Below are positions 9,901-21,468 of a stretch of DNA of 64,000 nucleotides, piece after piece. Origin of the DNA: Thecamonas trahens ATCC 50062 (Eukaryota; Protista; Apusomonadida); NCBI RefSeq assembly GCF_000142905.1, contig NW_013657643.1:204054-268053 (forward strand), read 5' to 3'. The stretch's first letter is position 1, and the number at the start of each line of letters is the position of its first letter. Under the pieces are notes generated by a model that was not told the origin of the DNA, made no database searches, and worked only from the letters and a program-made list of their open reading frames with translations. The position numbers and the translations under genes were made by a program.

Positions 9901-12554
9901 GGATGCATCGGCGTTGCGGTCGAGGTCGGCGCAACATCGTTTGCGCAAGCGAGTGTAGCTGATGGATCATGGGTTCACTCGTGCTGGGCGCCCGTCGGCG
10001 GCTGCTTTGCGGTCTCAGACTTTGAAGGTATGCCAAGCGAGCCTGTCGGAGCCATCTCCGACTTTCCGACGCCTGTTCCGCGCGCAGTTGATTTCTACGG
10101 AGTCAGCATGTACATCAGCGGCTACTACGACGATGTGGCACGGATCGGCAACTGCACGGCAGACTACGGCGGCGCGGCGTACGTGTGTAACGCGCAACTG
10201 TTTACCCAGCTATCGCCGGCCTACACCCAGCCGCCGACCCTGGTCGCCGAGCCGCCGCTCTCGGCATCGATTGCCGGCTCGGGTGTGTTTATCTGCGGCA
10301 GCTCGACTGCATTTCCGGTCGACACCTGGTTCTCCAACCAGACACCGGACCGCATCTCGCCTGCCGTGGTTATTCCCCGGGACTCGTACGGCGGCACGTT
10401 TGCCTCGCGGGCGGCCTCGCTGCAGATCTCCGGCAACCTGCCTGGGACGGCAGCGTCGGGCGTGGTTCTCGGCGCGACAGCTCCGATCATCACCATCCGC
10501 GACGCGTACGGGACGATTGTGACTGACGCTTCGCTGCGGATAGAGGTGACGACGTCGCCAGAGTTGACTGTCCGCGGCGCCGAGAGTGGGCTGGCGCTCT
10601 TGCCTGCCAAGCGAGGCGCGCCATTGACGCCACTGGCAATGTTGTTGCCTGATTCAACGACATCTGCCGATGGCATGGACGTGACCGTGACCCTTTCACC
10701 CGCCGGTATTCCCGAACTTGCGATCGAGTTCACCATCCGGATCACAGGTTGCCCGCGCGGGAGTGGCGTTGTCTCGCGCGATGCCACAGGCATTGTGTGC
10801 GGAGCGTGCGATACACCACAGGCGACCGGGACTGCGCTATTTTCGCTCGAGCCGTGTGCAGTGCTGCCAGACTGCCCGAGTGGTACATTCCGCAAGACCC
10901 TGTCCAACACGACGGGCCTGGTGGCCTGCCGGTGCTTACCGGACTTTTACGTTTCGGGCAACACGAGCGACGTGTGCTCGGCGTGTCCGAGCGGCGCCGT
11001 GTGTTTCGGCGACGAGTCTGCGCCTTTGGCAGCGCCGGGCTTCTTTCCCATCGGTGATGGTGCAAGCTTTGCCTCGTGTCTTCGGCCCAAGGCCTGCAGC
11101 GGCGCGGGGCAGTGTGCCGACGGCTACGAAGGGTTTATGTGCAACGACTGCGCGGCCGGACACTACACTGCTGACGATCGATCGTGCCGCAAGTGTCCAT
11201 CCGACGCAGTAGGAAGCGCACTGCTGGCGGCAGTAGCTGCGGCTGCCGTTGGCGTTGTAGCTGCTGTTTTCTTCTCGCCCGCATGCCAGAGGCGCCCAAG
11301 CGCAGCGAACACGAGCCGAGTGCGTCCGCAAGCGAGGACGAGCAGAATCATGGCAGTACCGACGATGCGGCGGCGGCAAGCGACGAGGCGCCGGACGAGG
11401 CAGCGATGCGGGCTCGGCAAACGCCGCCGTCGCTGTCGATGATTATTGTGGCGTTCCAGGTCATCGGGATCCTCGCCGATGCCAATCTTGCATGGGGCTC
11501 AGCGTCGACGTCGGTCATGGGCACATTCAACATGTTCAACGTCAATCTCTCGATGATTGCCTCCGAGTGCACGGTCGGCTCGTACGCGTTGCAGTACGTC
11601 CTCGCAGTCTGCCTCCCGCTGCTTGTCATCGCCGTTGCGATTGCTGCGCTGGCAGTAGCGAAGATGACCGGATTGGTGGAAGCGTTGCGCGAGGTTTCGT
11701 TGCGCGGGGTGGCTGACACGGTCCTGTTTCCTGTTGCGCCGCTGCTTTACATTCCTGTGGCGCGGGCAACGCTGCTGCTGTTTGCGTGCACGCGGCTGCC
11801 AACAGGCGACTACGTGGTGATCGCCAACCCAGGGCTGAAATGCGGCGGCGAGACGTGGCTTATGGTTGCACCGGTTGGCGCGGCGGCGATCCTGATCTTT
11901 GTGCTGGGCATCCCAATCTACTTCCTCCTTACAGTTGCCGGCCAGTCGGCGAACCTGTTCGAGCGTGCTACATTTGCGCGGTACGGGGCGCTGTACAAGC
12001 TCTACCGCAAGCCGTACTTTTGGGGTGAGGTGGCGAGTCTGACCAAGCGGCTCTCGCTGGTTGTGGCAACGGTCTTTCTGGCCGACGTGCAGCTGGCGCA
12101 GATTGCGCTCCTTCTAGGCGTGCTCATCGTCTCTCTCTGCCTGGTCATCCGATTCCAGCCGTTCTACTTTCCGATTTACAACAGCCTGGAGCTTCGGCTT
12201 ACAGCGGTCCTCCTGTTCATCCTGGTCATGGGCGTGTTCTCGTACTCGGACCGGCGGGCTGATGGAAGTGCTGGCTCCGCCGACAGAGTCATCTTTGTCT
12301 GCGTCGTGCTCGGGCTTGTCGCGCTCGTTGTGGTTGCCGTCATCGGCTTTGCCACCGACATGATGCAGATCCGGGCCGAGCGTAGTGGAGCGTATTCGGC
12401 GACGACCGAGCGACTCGCGCACGTTGCCGAGTGGCTAGAGAAGGAGGCAGTAGACCTGGATCCTGCAGCCGCGGAAGCACTGACGACGGCTGCCGACGCT
12501 GCCGAGTCGGCCACGACTGGCGCTGTCACCGACGTCGCCATGCACGACCTCTAG
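6937..12554 (+). CDS. Large cell-surface protein: signal peptide, FG-GAP/VCBS repeats, GGA-motif beta-helix, Cys-rich (GCC2/GCC3-like) repeats, ~8-9 TM domain; broken by three apparent frameshifts (~7150, ~8600-8670, ~11268)
   Basis: Signal peptide MRPVSVAPSLLVLFGIWLWLCF. Repeated GDxDxDGxxD (GDIDNDGVVD, GDVTGDGTSD, GDVNGDSHVD, DVDGDGAVD). NNVALRSGGAV/GNTA...GGGAV. CSACPSGAVC...PGFF. C-terminal TM bundle with GALYKLYRKPYFWGEV and QPF. Pieces lie in ORFs 6670-7248, 6788-9055, 8725-11442 and 11184-12554. Confidence 0.8.
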
Positions 12555-12587
12555 CCGCGTCAAAAAGGCCGCGGGCTGTCCGAGGTT

Positions 12588-13129
12588 TCAATCCCAGCTT
12601 GCGGTGGGCGCCACGTTGTTGGACGGCAGCGGTGGCGTGGCGGAGCCGTCGTCGTCGTCGTCCGAGGCTGGGACGACTACATCTTCGACTTGGGTCGAAC
12701 CGGAACTCAGACCTCCGGCATTGTCATCGTCCGAGTCGGAGACCGAGACTGCGACGTCGTCGACCTGGGTTGAGCCGGAACTCAAGCCTCCGGTATTGTC
12801 ATCGTCCGAGTCGGAGACCGAGACTGCGACGTCGTCGACCTGGGTTGAGCCAGCACCCGAAACAGCGGCATCGTCAGCATCGCCGTCGTCGTCGTCCGAG
12901 ACAACAACGGTCGAGCCCGACGACGCGCCATCAAGATCTGCGCCATCGTCGCCGTGTACATTGTCGGTCTCCTCAGACTCGTACTCGTACTCGTACTCAT
13001 ACTCACCGCCCTGTTGGCGCTTGAGAAATCCAGCGAGCCACTCTTGGTACGCCTTGTCGTTGGCGTAGTCGGTGATAAAGGAAGTGTCGCCGTTGCCGCC
13101 AAGCTCGGCAGGCAGAGCGGCGGCGGCAT

Positions 13130-13163
<34 letters not shown>

Positions 13164-15839
13164 TGACTCGGCCGTGGCACTGGCAGCAGAACCTGCATCG
13201 GGCGGCGGGAGCGAGGTGGACGAGCATGATGACGACGAGGAGGAGGAGCTGGCGTCCGAGTCCGAGTCCGAAGCGGAAGTTGCAGCGGGTAGCGCGGTCG
13301 CGGCGGTAGTGGTGGTGTCAGCGACAGAGAGCGACGAGTCGACGGCGGAGCTCGGCAGGTTGGAGTCATCGTCGAGAGTGATCGAGATGGCCGGCAGCTC
13401 TGCACTCGGGAGGACGGGGCTCTGATCGAGGTGCTTGAGCTTGCCGGCGGCGGCGAGGACCTCTCGAGTGAGCATCTTGGAGTCTGTCTCAACAAAGGCG
13501 GCGCTCTTGAGGGCGGCAAGCCACTCGTCGCGGGCGGCGAGGTCGTCGGTGGCGAGCAGATACTTTTTCTGGTCGATGTGGGTGACGGAAAACTCGTAGC
13601 GCTCAGCCTCGAATGCGGCGTCAGTGACGGGAACAGAGGTGACATGGTAGCCCGGGAGGTAGCACGAGCCGAGCGGCTTGAGAGCATCATCCGAAGCAAA
13701 GTAGTAAAAGGTGCGCTCGTGGAGGAGCATGAACCGCGGCTTCCACACCTTTTTGAATTTGGACTTTTTGAAGACCCAGCCCTCAAAGGACGCCTCTTTG
13801 CGGAGGAGGTAGACCGAGAGGCCGGCCGAGCCCTTGCCGTCCTTGGCATGGTGCTTGGCCTTGAAGGCGGCGATTGAGTGGGCCGACGGCAGCTCGTAGA
13901 GAAGGACGGGAAGGCGCGACGAGGCCTGGGCGAGGGCTGTCATCCAGTTTGCGTACTGGAAGCCATCGCCGAGGGAGAAGAACCACGGATGGACCTTGGC
14001 CGCCGGGTTGTGCATCCGCGACTTGCGGCGGAGGGTGCCAAAGGCGTTCGACGAAATGGTGATGGGCTGGACGCCGATCGAGTACGCGCGCTGGACCTCC
14101 TGCGAGACTGGCCAGATGATGGCGTCGGCAACCGGAAAGAACGAGACCGGCGTCATGTCGTCGGCCGAGGTGAAGATGTAGAGAACGGCGTCGGCGAGGA
14201 CGACATAGCACTTTGTAAACTTGGCAAAGGCCTTGGTCGTCGCCTTCTCGCGCTTGACAAAGACCTCCGAGCTGAGGTCGGCCTCCATGTCGACGGCCTT
14301 GCGGGCGTTGGCGGCAAGGGTTGGGCCCATCGGTGCCGACGAGCGGCGGCCGCGTGCTTCGCGGATGACAAGCGCTGATCTACGAGCATCAGCGAGAGCG
14401 GCTGCTGTCGAGTTGTGGCGGGCACTCGTGGCAGCCTGCAGACGCGCCACGCCTGACGCGGCGGCGGCGGCCGGAGGTGGCGAGTCAGGCGAGCCGGCGA
14501 CTGACGACGAGTCGCGCGAGAAGACCGATGGGTCGTCGTCGTCGTCATCGTCTGTGGCGGCGGAGCGGTCGGCATTCGAGGTAGGAAGATAGAGCTCGAC
14601 AGAGCCGTCGTCCGAGGCGTACGGCGAGTCGAGGGCAGCGCCGAGGCGTACAAGCTGCGCGATGTCGTCGGGAGGGTTCGACATGTCGACCGGCTGGCCG
14701 CGGGCGACGTACGAGATGAGCTTGACCCAGAGCCGGGCCTGGAGGACCGAGTCGGCCATGAGATGGTAGGTCGAAAACTTGGTGGACGGATGCGGGACGA
14801 GCGAGAACTGCGACGACTTGGGCGAAGACTGGATCGAGTATCCGATGAGCGGGATCGAGTTGCGGGTCACGCCGCGGGTGTCCGAAGAGCCGAACCAGTA
14901 GAGGCAAGCATCAGCGAGGACAATGTAGCGGCGGTTCCATTTTTTGGTCCAGTACGCCAGCTTGCGCAACTCGCCGTGGTACATGGCGTGCGGGAGGAGC
15001 GAGCCGAGCGTGATGGCATTGCCGGTCCGCGCATCGGTGGTGCGCCGCTTCTTGCGGCCGCGCTTGCGGACCTTACCAGCGGCGGCGCCGCTTGTGGCAC
15101 CAGCCGCCGACGGTGCGGGTGGGCGGACGGCAGCGGCTGGCGCCGGCTTGGGCGGGCGGATGGGCCCGAGGGCGGCGGCGGTGGCCGCCGCAGAGACCAG
15201 TCCGGACGACGCCGTCATCGATCGACTTGGAGCCGACGGATGGAGCGACTTGCGGCGCCCGATGGTGCGGGTCGGCTTGCGCGGGCCAGAGAACTCAAAA
15301 GCAATCGACTCAAACTGCGCACGTGAGACTGTCGATGCTGGCGGCCCAGCTGCGCCGCCGCTCGCCTGTGCACGTGCCACTTGCAACGCTGTGTCAAACA
15401 CAGCGTCGTCGACTTGGGTCACCGACTCGACCGGCACCAGCTCAATGCTCGGCAGTGACGGCGGGAGAAAGACAATGACCTCAACAAGCGCAGGATCCAA
15501 AGTCGGTGCCACAATACAGAGTGCGCCCTCCGCCGTCCGCCCACGCCATGTCGTCCGCTCAGCTGCAGCCTTGGAGCCGCCACCAGCTGGAGGCACCTCG
15601 CCTACACAAGGCGGCGCCAACATGTGGACAGTCTTGCCCGGTGTGCCTGACGCAGTCTTGGTTGAACCCAGCGGCAGATTGCTGCTTACAGCAGTCTGAG
15701 GAGCCTGCACCTGTGGTGATGGCAGCTTTGCAGCCTCACACGCAGTGGCGGCAGGAGTGACTGGGGAGGCCGAGCTTGTGGAAGAGGAGGAAGTGGATCC
15801 CGAGTCCGAGAAAGATCCTGAAGATGAAGCTGAGACCAT
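12588..15839 (-). CDS. Protein with three PH domains and an acidic, Ser-rich C-terminal tail
   Basis: PH1 YHGELRKLAYWTKKWNRRYIVL...LWVKLI; PH2 VFVKREK...FTKCYVVL...NWMTAL; PH3 FEGWVFKKSKFKKVWKPRFMLL...EWLAAL. Start uncertain (a possible upstream exon lies next to the gap). Confidence 0.85.
12655..12852 (-). repeat. 75-bp (25-aa) internal tandem repeat, ~2.7 copies, in the PH protein tail
   Basis: GSTQVDDVAVSVSDSDDDN(T/A)GGLSS repeated; ccggaactc recurs at 12700 and 12775. Confidence 0.9.
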
Positions 15840-16017
15840 ATGTACGTGTATGTATGTGTGTGGTGCGTGTGGGTATGGTGTATGGGTGTGTATGGGTGTG
15901 AGGAGAGGACCACGCGTGCAGGTGGCAAAAGGTACCTTGTCGGTTTCGTGCGGCAGGCCGTGGGCCGTGTGCGGGAGGGGAAGAGGGAGGTGGAGGAGTG
16001 GAGGACGAGAAGGGGGG

Positions 16018-16105
16018 AGGGTAGGTAGGTGTAGGTGTAGGTGTAGGTGTAGGTGTAGGTGTAGGGTATGTGTGTGTGTATGTATGTGTGTGTGTGTGTG
16101 TGTGT
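16018..16105. repeat. (GTAGGT)n and (GT)n microsatellites
   Basis: Direct reading. Confidence 0.9.
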
Positions 16106-16213
16106 CAAGTGGGAAGAGTGGCTGAGGTGGTGGTGGGGAGGTGAAGAAGGGGTGGAGGGGTGAAGAAGTCTGGCAAGGTGCTGCAAAGGGTGGTGCAAAA
16201 ATTAGTGGGAGGG

Positions 16214-16419
16214 NNNNNNNNNNNNNNNNNNNNNNNNNNNNNNNNNNNNNNNNNNNNNNNNNNNNNNNNNNNNNNNNNNNNNNNNNNNNNNNNNNNNNNN
16301 NNNNNNNNNNNNNNNNNNNNNNNNNNNNNNNNNNNNNNNNNNNNNNNNNNNNNNNNNNNNNNNNNNNNNNNNNNNNNNNNNNNNNNNNNNNNNNNNNNNN
16401 NNNNNNNNNNNNNNNNNNN
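16214..16419. other. Assembly gap (N run)
   Basis: Run of n. Confidence 1.
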
Positions 16420-16494
16420 GTTACCTGCTGCTTTTGGAGGGGGGGAGGTAGGCAAGGAGGGCGGTGGAGTCTGATACCCACGACACACGTCTCT

Positions 16495-19400
16495 ATGCAA
16501 GTGCTTTGGGTGGTGTGTGTAGTATGGGTGGGACTAGGGCTCATGGGTGGTGTGGCGGGCATCCTTACAGGCTTTGGTACACCTGAGAACATCACCATTG
16601 CTGGCTTGTTCCCCCTCACTGGCGGCCTCGCCGCTGGTGGTGTCGAGCGGGAGGCCGCCTTCCGCATGGGCATCCAGCACATCAACGCAGACCGAAATCT
16701 CCTTCCGGACGTATGTAGCAGAGGAAGGGCGAGGATGGTGTGTGTTTGTGGGGTGTGGGTGTGTGGGGGTGTGTGGGTGTGTGGGGTGTGTGGGGGGTGT
16801 GGGGGTGTGGGTGTGGGGTGTGGGGGGAAGGCGGCGTCTGGTCCAGGGGTTTGTCGTGGTCAAACGTGCGTCAGTCCGAGGTTGTGAGTGGGATGACGCG
16901 CGATGGGATCAGATGAAGGTGGAGCTGGCTCACGATGAGATGGAGTGGATGGAATTGGTGATGGACAGACGAAGATTATCGGGGTGTCGTTTGATACACA
17001 GACGACGCCATCAGGAGGCATGGTGTCGGCACTCGAGGCGACCAAAGACCCAAGCCTGGTGGCCATTGTCGGGGCAGCGTCATCCTCGGTCTCGCGGGCT
17101 GTACAGCAAGTGGCCTCGATCTTCGAGATTCCGCAGATCTCGTACTCGTCGACAGCGTCGCCACTCTCGAACAAGATCCTCTATCCGTACTTTTTCCGTG
17201 TCGTGGCGCCTGACTCGCTCCAGGGCTCAGCGCTGGCGTCGATTGTGCACTCGATCGGGTGGAGAAAAGCGGCGACGATGTACTCGAATGACGACTACGG
17301 GCTGTCGGGCGTGACCGCGTTTGCGCAACGGGCGTCAGACGTGGGAGTCTCGATCGAGGCCAACATTCCGTTTGCGCCGGGCGCCATCGAGTACGGCGTG
17401 GCGCTGGACCAGCTGGTTAAGCACCACGGCGTCCATGTGGTTTTTCTCAACTGTCTGGTGAGCGACGCAGTGGAGTTGTTCAAGGAGGCCGACCGACGCG
17501 GGCTGCTCGATGGGCAGTACGTGTGGGTGGGGACCGACGGATGGCTGCAGGACGAGCTGCTCAACGTAGGCCTCCCGTCGTCGAAGCTCATCGGCGTGCT
17601 CGGTCTCCGACCGGCGCTGCCATCGGGAGTGCGGCTCGAAGCGTTTCTCGACTCATGGGAGCAGCTGAACGCGACCGAGTTTGCCGGTGCGGGCGACCGA
17701 ACCGTCAACGTTTTCGCGCCGTACGCATACGACGCGCTGTACCAGGTGGCGCGGACAATTGATGCCATGATCCGCGGAAAGGCGAATGCCCTTGATGGCT
17801 CTGAGCTCCGGGCGTGGCTCTCCAACTCGAGCTATGAGGGCACGACGGGCCTGATCTCGTTTGACGAGAACTTTGACTGCATCGCCGCGTACTCGCTCGT
17901 CAACTACCGCGGCGGCGCCGGGTTTGAGATTGTGGGCCGGTGGCTCGCGGAGCAGCGGCTCGAGCTCGACCGCCCGATACTCTACTACGGCAACACAACG
18001 AGCCCGCCATACCTGCCGAGCCCGATGGCGAGCCCGAGCACGTCGTCAATTTCTGCGGGCCTTATTGGCGTCATTGCCGGCATGAGCGCATGCGTGTGCC
18101 TTGGCTTTGGCATCCTTGTGGTCCACAATCTGCGGCGGCGCAAGCACGTGGCGGCGCTCCAGCGTGAGAATCAGCAGCTGGACCGCGAGGCGCGGGCGCT
18201 TAACTCGCGGCTCAACGAGCTCGCCAAGGAGACACACGCATCGGGCTCTTCCACCCCGCCGACAATGGACCTGCCCATCAACCAGGTCATGTCGCTGCTG
18301 ACCTCGATTCGGGCCTCGACGCAGGATTCAGACATGATGGCCAAGCTCGACAAAGCTATCGAATCAATCCAGTCAAACATGCTGTTCCAGCCGTCGACAG
18401 CGATGTTTCCGGACGGGGAGGGCAACGACGACGTCAAGAACTTTGTGCAGGGCACCATCCTGACTAACGTGCCGACGCCATCAAACTCGTTGCAGCGGTC
18501 GGGCGCGGGCCTCCAGACGTACGGCAACGGGTCGGCGGCGAGCCTCACCCCCACGCCCAATTTGGCGGTGACGGTGGCCATGCCGATTCCTGCGGAACTT
18601 GGCGACGTGCTGGGCAAGCTTCGGACACTGGCGTTTGACGCCGAGGCGCTAGTCGCCAAGGATACGACACCGCTGCAGACGGTGTTCATGGCTGTGTGCA
18701 CCCAGAACGCACTGCTCTCACAGCTCCGGCTGGATCCGGTCATTGTGCGCGACGTCATGCTCGCGCTCGACCGGTACACGCCGCGGCTCAACGCGTATCA
18801 CAATGCACAGCGGGCAGCCAACATGGTCCAGTTTGTGCACTACGTGCTCTCTGTCACAGACCTGTACTCGCTCCTCTCACCTCGCGACACGTTTGCGGTC
18901 CTCTTCGCCGCCGCCATCAAGAACGTCGACCACCCTGGCTTCAATGCCTCGTTCCTGGTCCGGACGCGGCACAAGCTCGCGCTGCTGTACTCGAACCAGG
19001 CGGTGCTGGAAATGCATCACCTGGCGGTCTCAATGCAGCTAGTCTTTGAGCGGTTCAAGCTCTTTGACCAGCTGCTCGAGGAGGACATTACCGCCCTCCA
19101 CCACACCATTGTCGACCTTGTCCTCGCATCCGACATGCAGAAACACGTCGAGGTGACCTCACGGTTCTCGCTCCTCATCGACCCGACCGAGCCGTCGAAG
19201 CGGACAGCATGGAAGGCTGCGGTGGCAACCGACAATGGCTTTCGCAACTTGGTCCTCAAGATGGTGCTTAAGCTGGCGGACTTGTCCGACGCGGCGCGGC
19301 CGACCAAGATTGCTCGCGGCCTGGCGCTGCGGTCGATGATCGAGTCGTCGCTGCAGGGCGTGCAGGAGGCGGCGGCAGGCATCGAGGTGTCCCCGTTTAT

Positions 19401-19800
19401 GGACGGTGCCATGTCGTCGGTGGCAAAGTCACAGGAAGGAATCATCCGCTTTGTCACCCTCCCCATGTTCTCGGCCTTTGCCGAAGTCTTTACCCTCACC
19501 GAAGTGCTGCAGAACCTCTCGGACAACATGCTCTTCTGGCAGCGCGTTGTTCCGTCGACGCTCCAGCCGTTCTATGACGCGCTCCTCGCCTCTCACGCCG
19601 CCACCGCAGAGTCGATCCAGCCAGGCTCGTCCGCCGCGCTTGTCTCGGCGCAGAAGTCGCCTCTATCATCACCAGGAACCGGGGCGGCCATCACGGCGCC
19701 GAGGCCCAGCCAGAGCGAGGCCTCGCCGTCGTTGCCTACCCCTGCCACTCCCGCGCCGGCCAGCGCATCGATTGCATCGGCCGGAGGCGCGGAGCCATAG
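16495..19800 (+). CDS. Single-pass receptor: signal peptide, Venus-flytrap (ANF_receptor/PBP1) domain, TM, coiled coil, PDE8-like class I phosphodiesterase with substituted metal ligands; exons 16495-16710 and 16969-19800 (~1015 aa)
   Basis: Exon 1 MQVLWVVCVVWVGLGLMGGVAG...ITIAGLFP...INADRNLLPD, then a GTATGT...ACAG phase-0 intron. VFT motifs AIVGAASSSVS, IPQISYSSTASPLS, YPYFFRVVAPDS, YAYDA, YEGTTGLISFD. TM GLIGVIAGMSACVCLGFGILVV followed by RRRK. PDE motifs YHN, VDHPG, VLEMHH, VLASDM, KLADLS, SPFMD, SQ. Confidence 0.92.
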
Positions 19801-19983
19801 GCCGGAGGCGGTGGTGTTCAATTTGCTCCTCTTCAGTAGCGTGTAAAGCCGTGGCCATGTTGATATCTCGATGTGGGCCGAGTGGCCGCTAGTTGAAAAG
19901 GCGGTTGCCCGTCACTGCAACCACAGCCGCAACCACAGCCGCAACCATTGCCACTCACTCGACCGCACACTCGACGCACAACC

Positions 19984-21075
19984 ATGCTCTCCCTCCGACT
20001 GTCGGCGGGTGCGACGGCCCGTGCTGTGGCCACTGCCATGGCAGTGCGGAGCATGACTCTTCCTGCCAACAAGAAGTATGTCAACGGCCATAAGGTTGAC
20101 CCTGCTGCACAGGTACGTCCCGTCCCCCCCCCCCCCCCCTCCCCCTCCATGGTTGCCTCTCCCCCTTCCCCTCCCCCTTCCCCTTCCCCTTCCCCTCCCT
20201 CCCAATTTTTGACCCGACCTTGTACCGCCTCCCCTGGCCCCCCACGCCCCTACCACCCCACCGTACCCATGCCCAAGGGTATGATATCGTGAGTGTAGGT
20301 CTCGTCTTCACTGTGGTCTACTTTTTATCTCCAAGGGTGGTCTGTACCCCGTGGAAGTGGCTCGCCCGTCTCGTGTAGCTCTGGGCGGGAGATGGCCTGT
20401 GGCCTGTGGCCTGCGGCCTGTGGGCATGGGCATGGGCATGGGCATGGGTATGGGTATGGGCATGGGTATGGGTAGATTGGGACTTGGACTTGGACTATGG
20501 ACTTACTCTGTGGGTTATTGGTTGATTGATGGTTGTGATTATGGCAATGGTGGTTGTGGTGGTCTTGCGCGACATGGCCGGGAACGTGGACTTGGTCGGG
20601 GACGTGGACGTGGTCGGGGACGTGGTCGTGGCCGGGGACGTGGACATGGTCGGGGACGTGGATGTGGTCGGGGATGTGAATGTGATGCGAATTTGGTGTG
20701 GCGTGGTCACGGCTGGCATCGCCGCTGTGGGGTTGCTGTGGGGCGTTGTGATCTTCTTGCTGGCGACCGCTGGCGATGACCGGCTTCTGCTCGCCACCCC
20801 TACCCTCTCCTGGTCACGCCGTCCTGCTACTCTCGACTTTTCCTGGCTACGTTCGGCTGGGCGCCTCTCCGTGAATACCGGCACAGCCGAAGCCGTCGAA
20901 TGCGGCCGAGCTGATCAGCAAGGTCCCGCCGGTGGAGATCGATGGCCCGGCTACCGTGTGCGACGGCGGACGCGGGCCGCTCGGCCACCCGCGGGTCTTC
21001 ATCAACCTCGAGCCGCACCGCCCGGTCGAGTGCGGCTACTGCGGCGTCCGCTACGTCCAGAGCCACTCGCACTAA
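19984..21075 (+). CDS. NDUFS6: NADH:ubiquinone oxidoreductase 13 kDa-A subunit (zf-CHCC); exons 19984-20112 and 20887-21075
   Basis: Mitochondrial presequence MLSLRLSAGATARAV. Spliced product ...VDPAAQ|PKPSNAAELI...CDGGRGPLGHPRVFINL...CGYCG. GTACGT donor and CACAG acceptor. Not present in the ORF track as a unit. Confidence 0.92.
20390..20680. repeat. Intronic low-complexity repeats: (GCCTGTG)n, (ATGGGC/ATGGGT)n and 18-bp GGACGTGGACGTGGTCGG-like units
   Basis: Direct reading inside the NDUFS6 intron. Confidence 0.85.
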
Positions 21076-21147
21076 GTGAAACCATCTCCCAAGATTGTGT
21101 TGTTCTGTGTTGTGTTACTCCTCCCCTCTCCCCTCCGATCTTCCGTC

Positions 21148-21468
21148 CTACAGAAGGTCCGAGGTGCTGGTCGCGTCCCAGACACAGGCGTCGGCGTCCG
21201 TAGCCTGGATCAGAGTGAGCACGGCCGGGTCCGGGTCGAGTCCGAGTGCCTCGGCCCGGTGCCAGCGCTCAGAGCGAGAGATGCCCTTTGCCGGGCCGTA
21301 CGCCTTGTTGAGATCAAAGAGACGGAGCGCATCAGCGACAGCCGAGGCGTCGAGGCCCTTGCGGGCACCACGGGTCTTGAGCACGGCTGACGCCGCGTCC
21401 TTGGCCTCATCGCGAGCGCGGCTCATCTGGCTCGTTGCCTTGACGGCTCCATACACAGGTGCCGACAT
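21148..21468 (-). CDS. POLD4: DNA polymerase delta subunit 4 (p12/Cdm1)
   Basis: LRLFDLNKAYGPAKGISRSERWHRAEALGLDPDPAV matches the family pattern LRxFDLxxxYGPCxGIxRxxRWxRAxxxGLxPP. Confidence 0.88.
   Translation of the reverse strand: MSAPVYGAVKATSQMSRARDEAKDAASAVLKTRGARKGLDASAVADALRLFDLNKAYGPAKGISRSERWHRAEALGLDPDPAVLTLIQATDADACVWDATSTSDLL

Noticed and set aside
15840-16685. N-terminal extension of the PH-protein ORF across the gap
   Set aside because: Reads through Ns and microsatellites and overlaps exon 1 of the receptor on the opposite strand.
20351-21203. RG-rich, VVGDVD-repeat and Thr/Ser-rich ORFs
   Set aside because: Translations of simple repeats inside the NDUFS6 intron.
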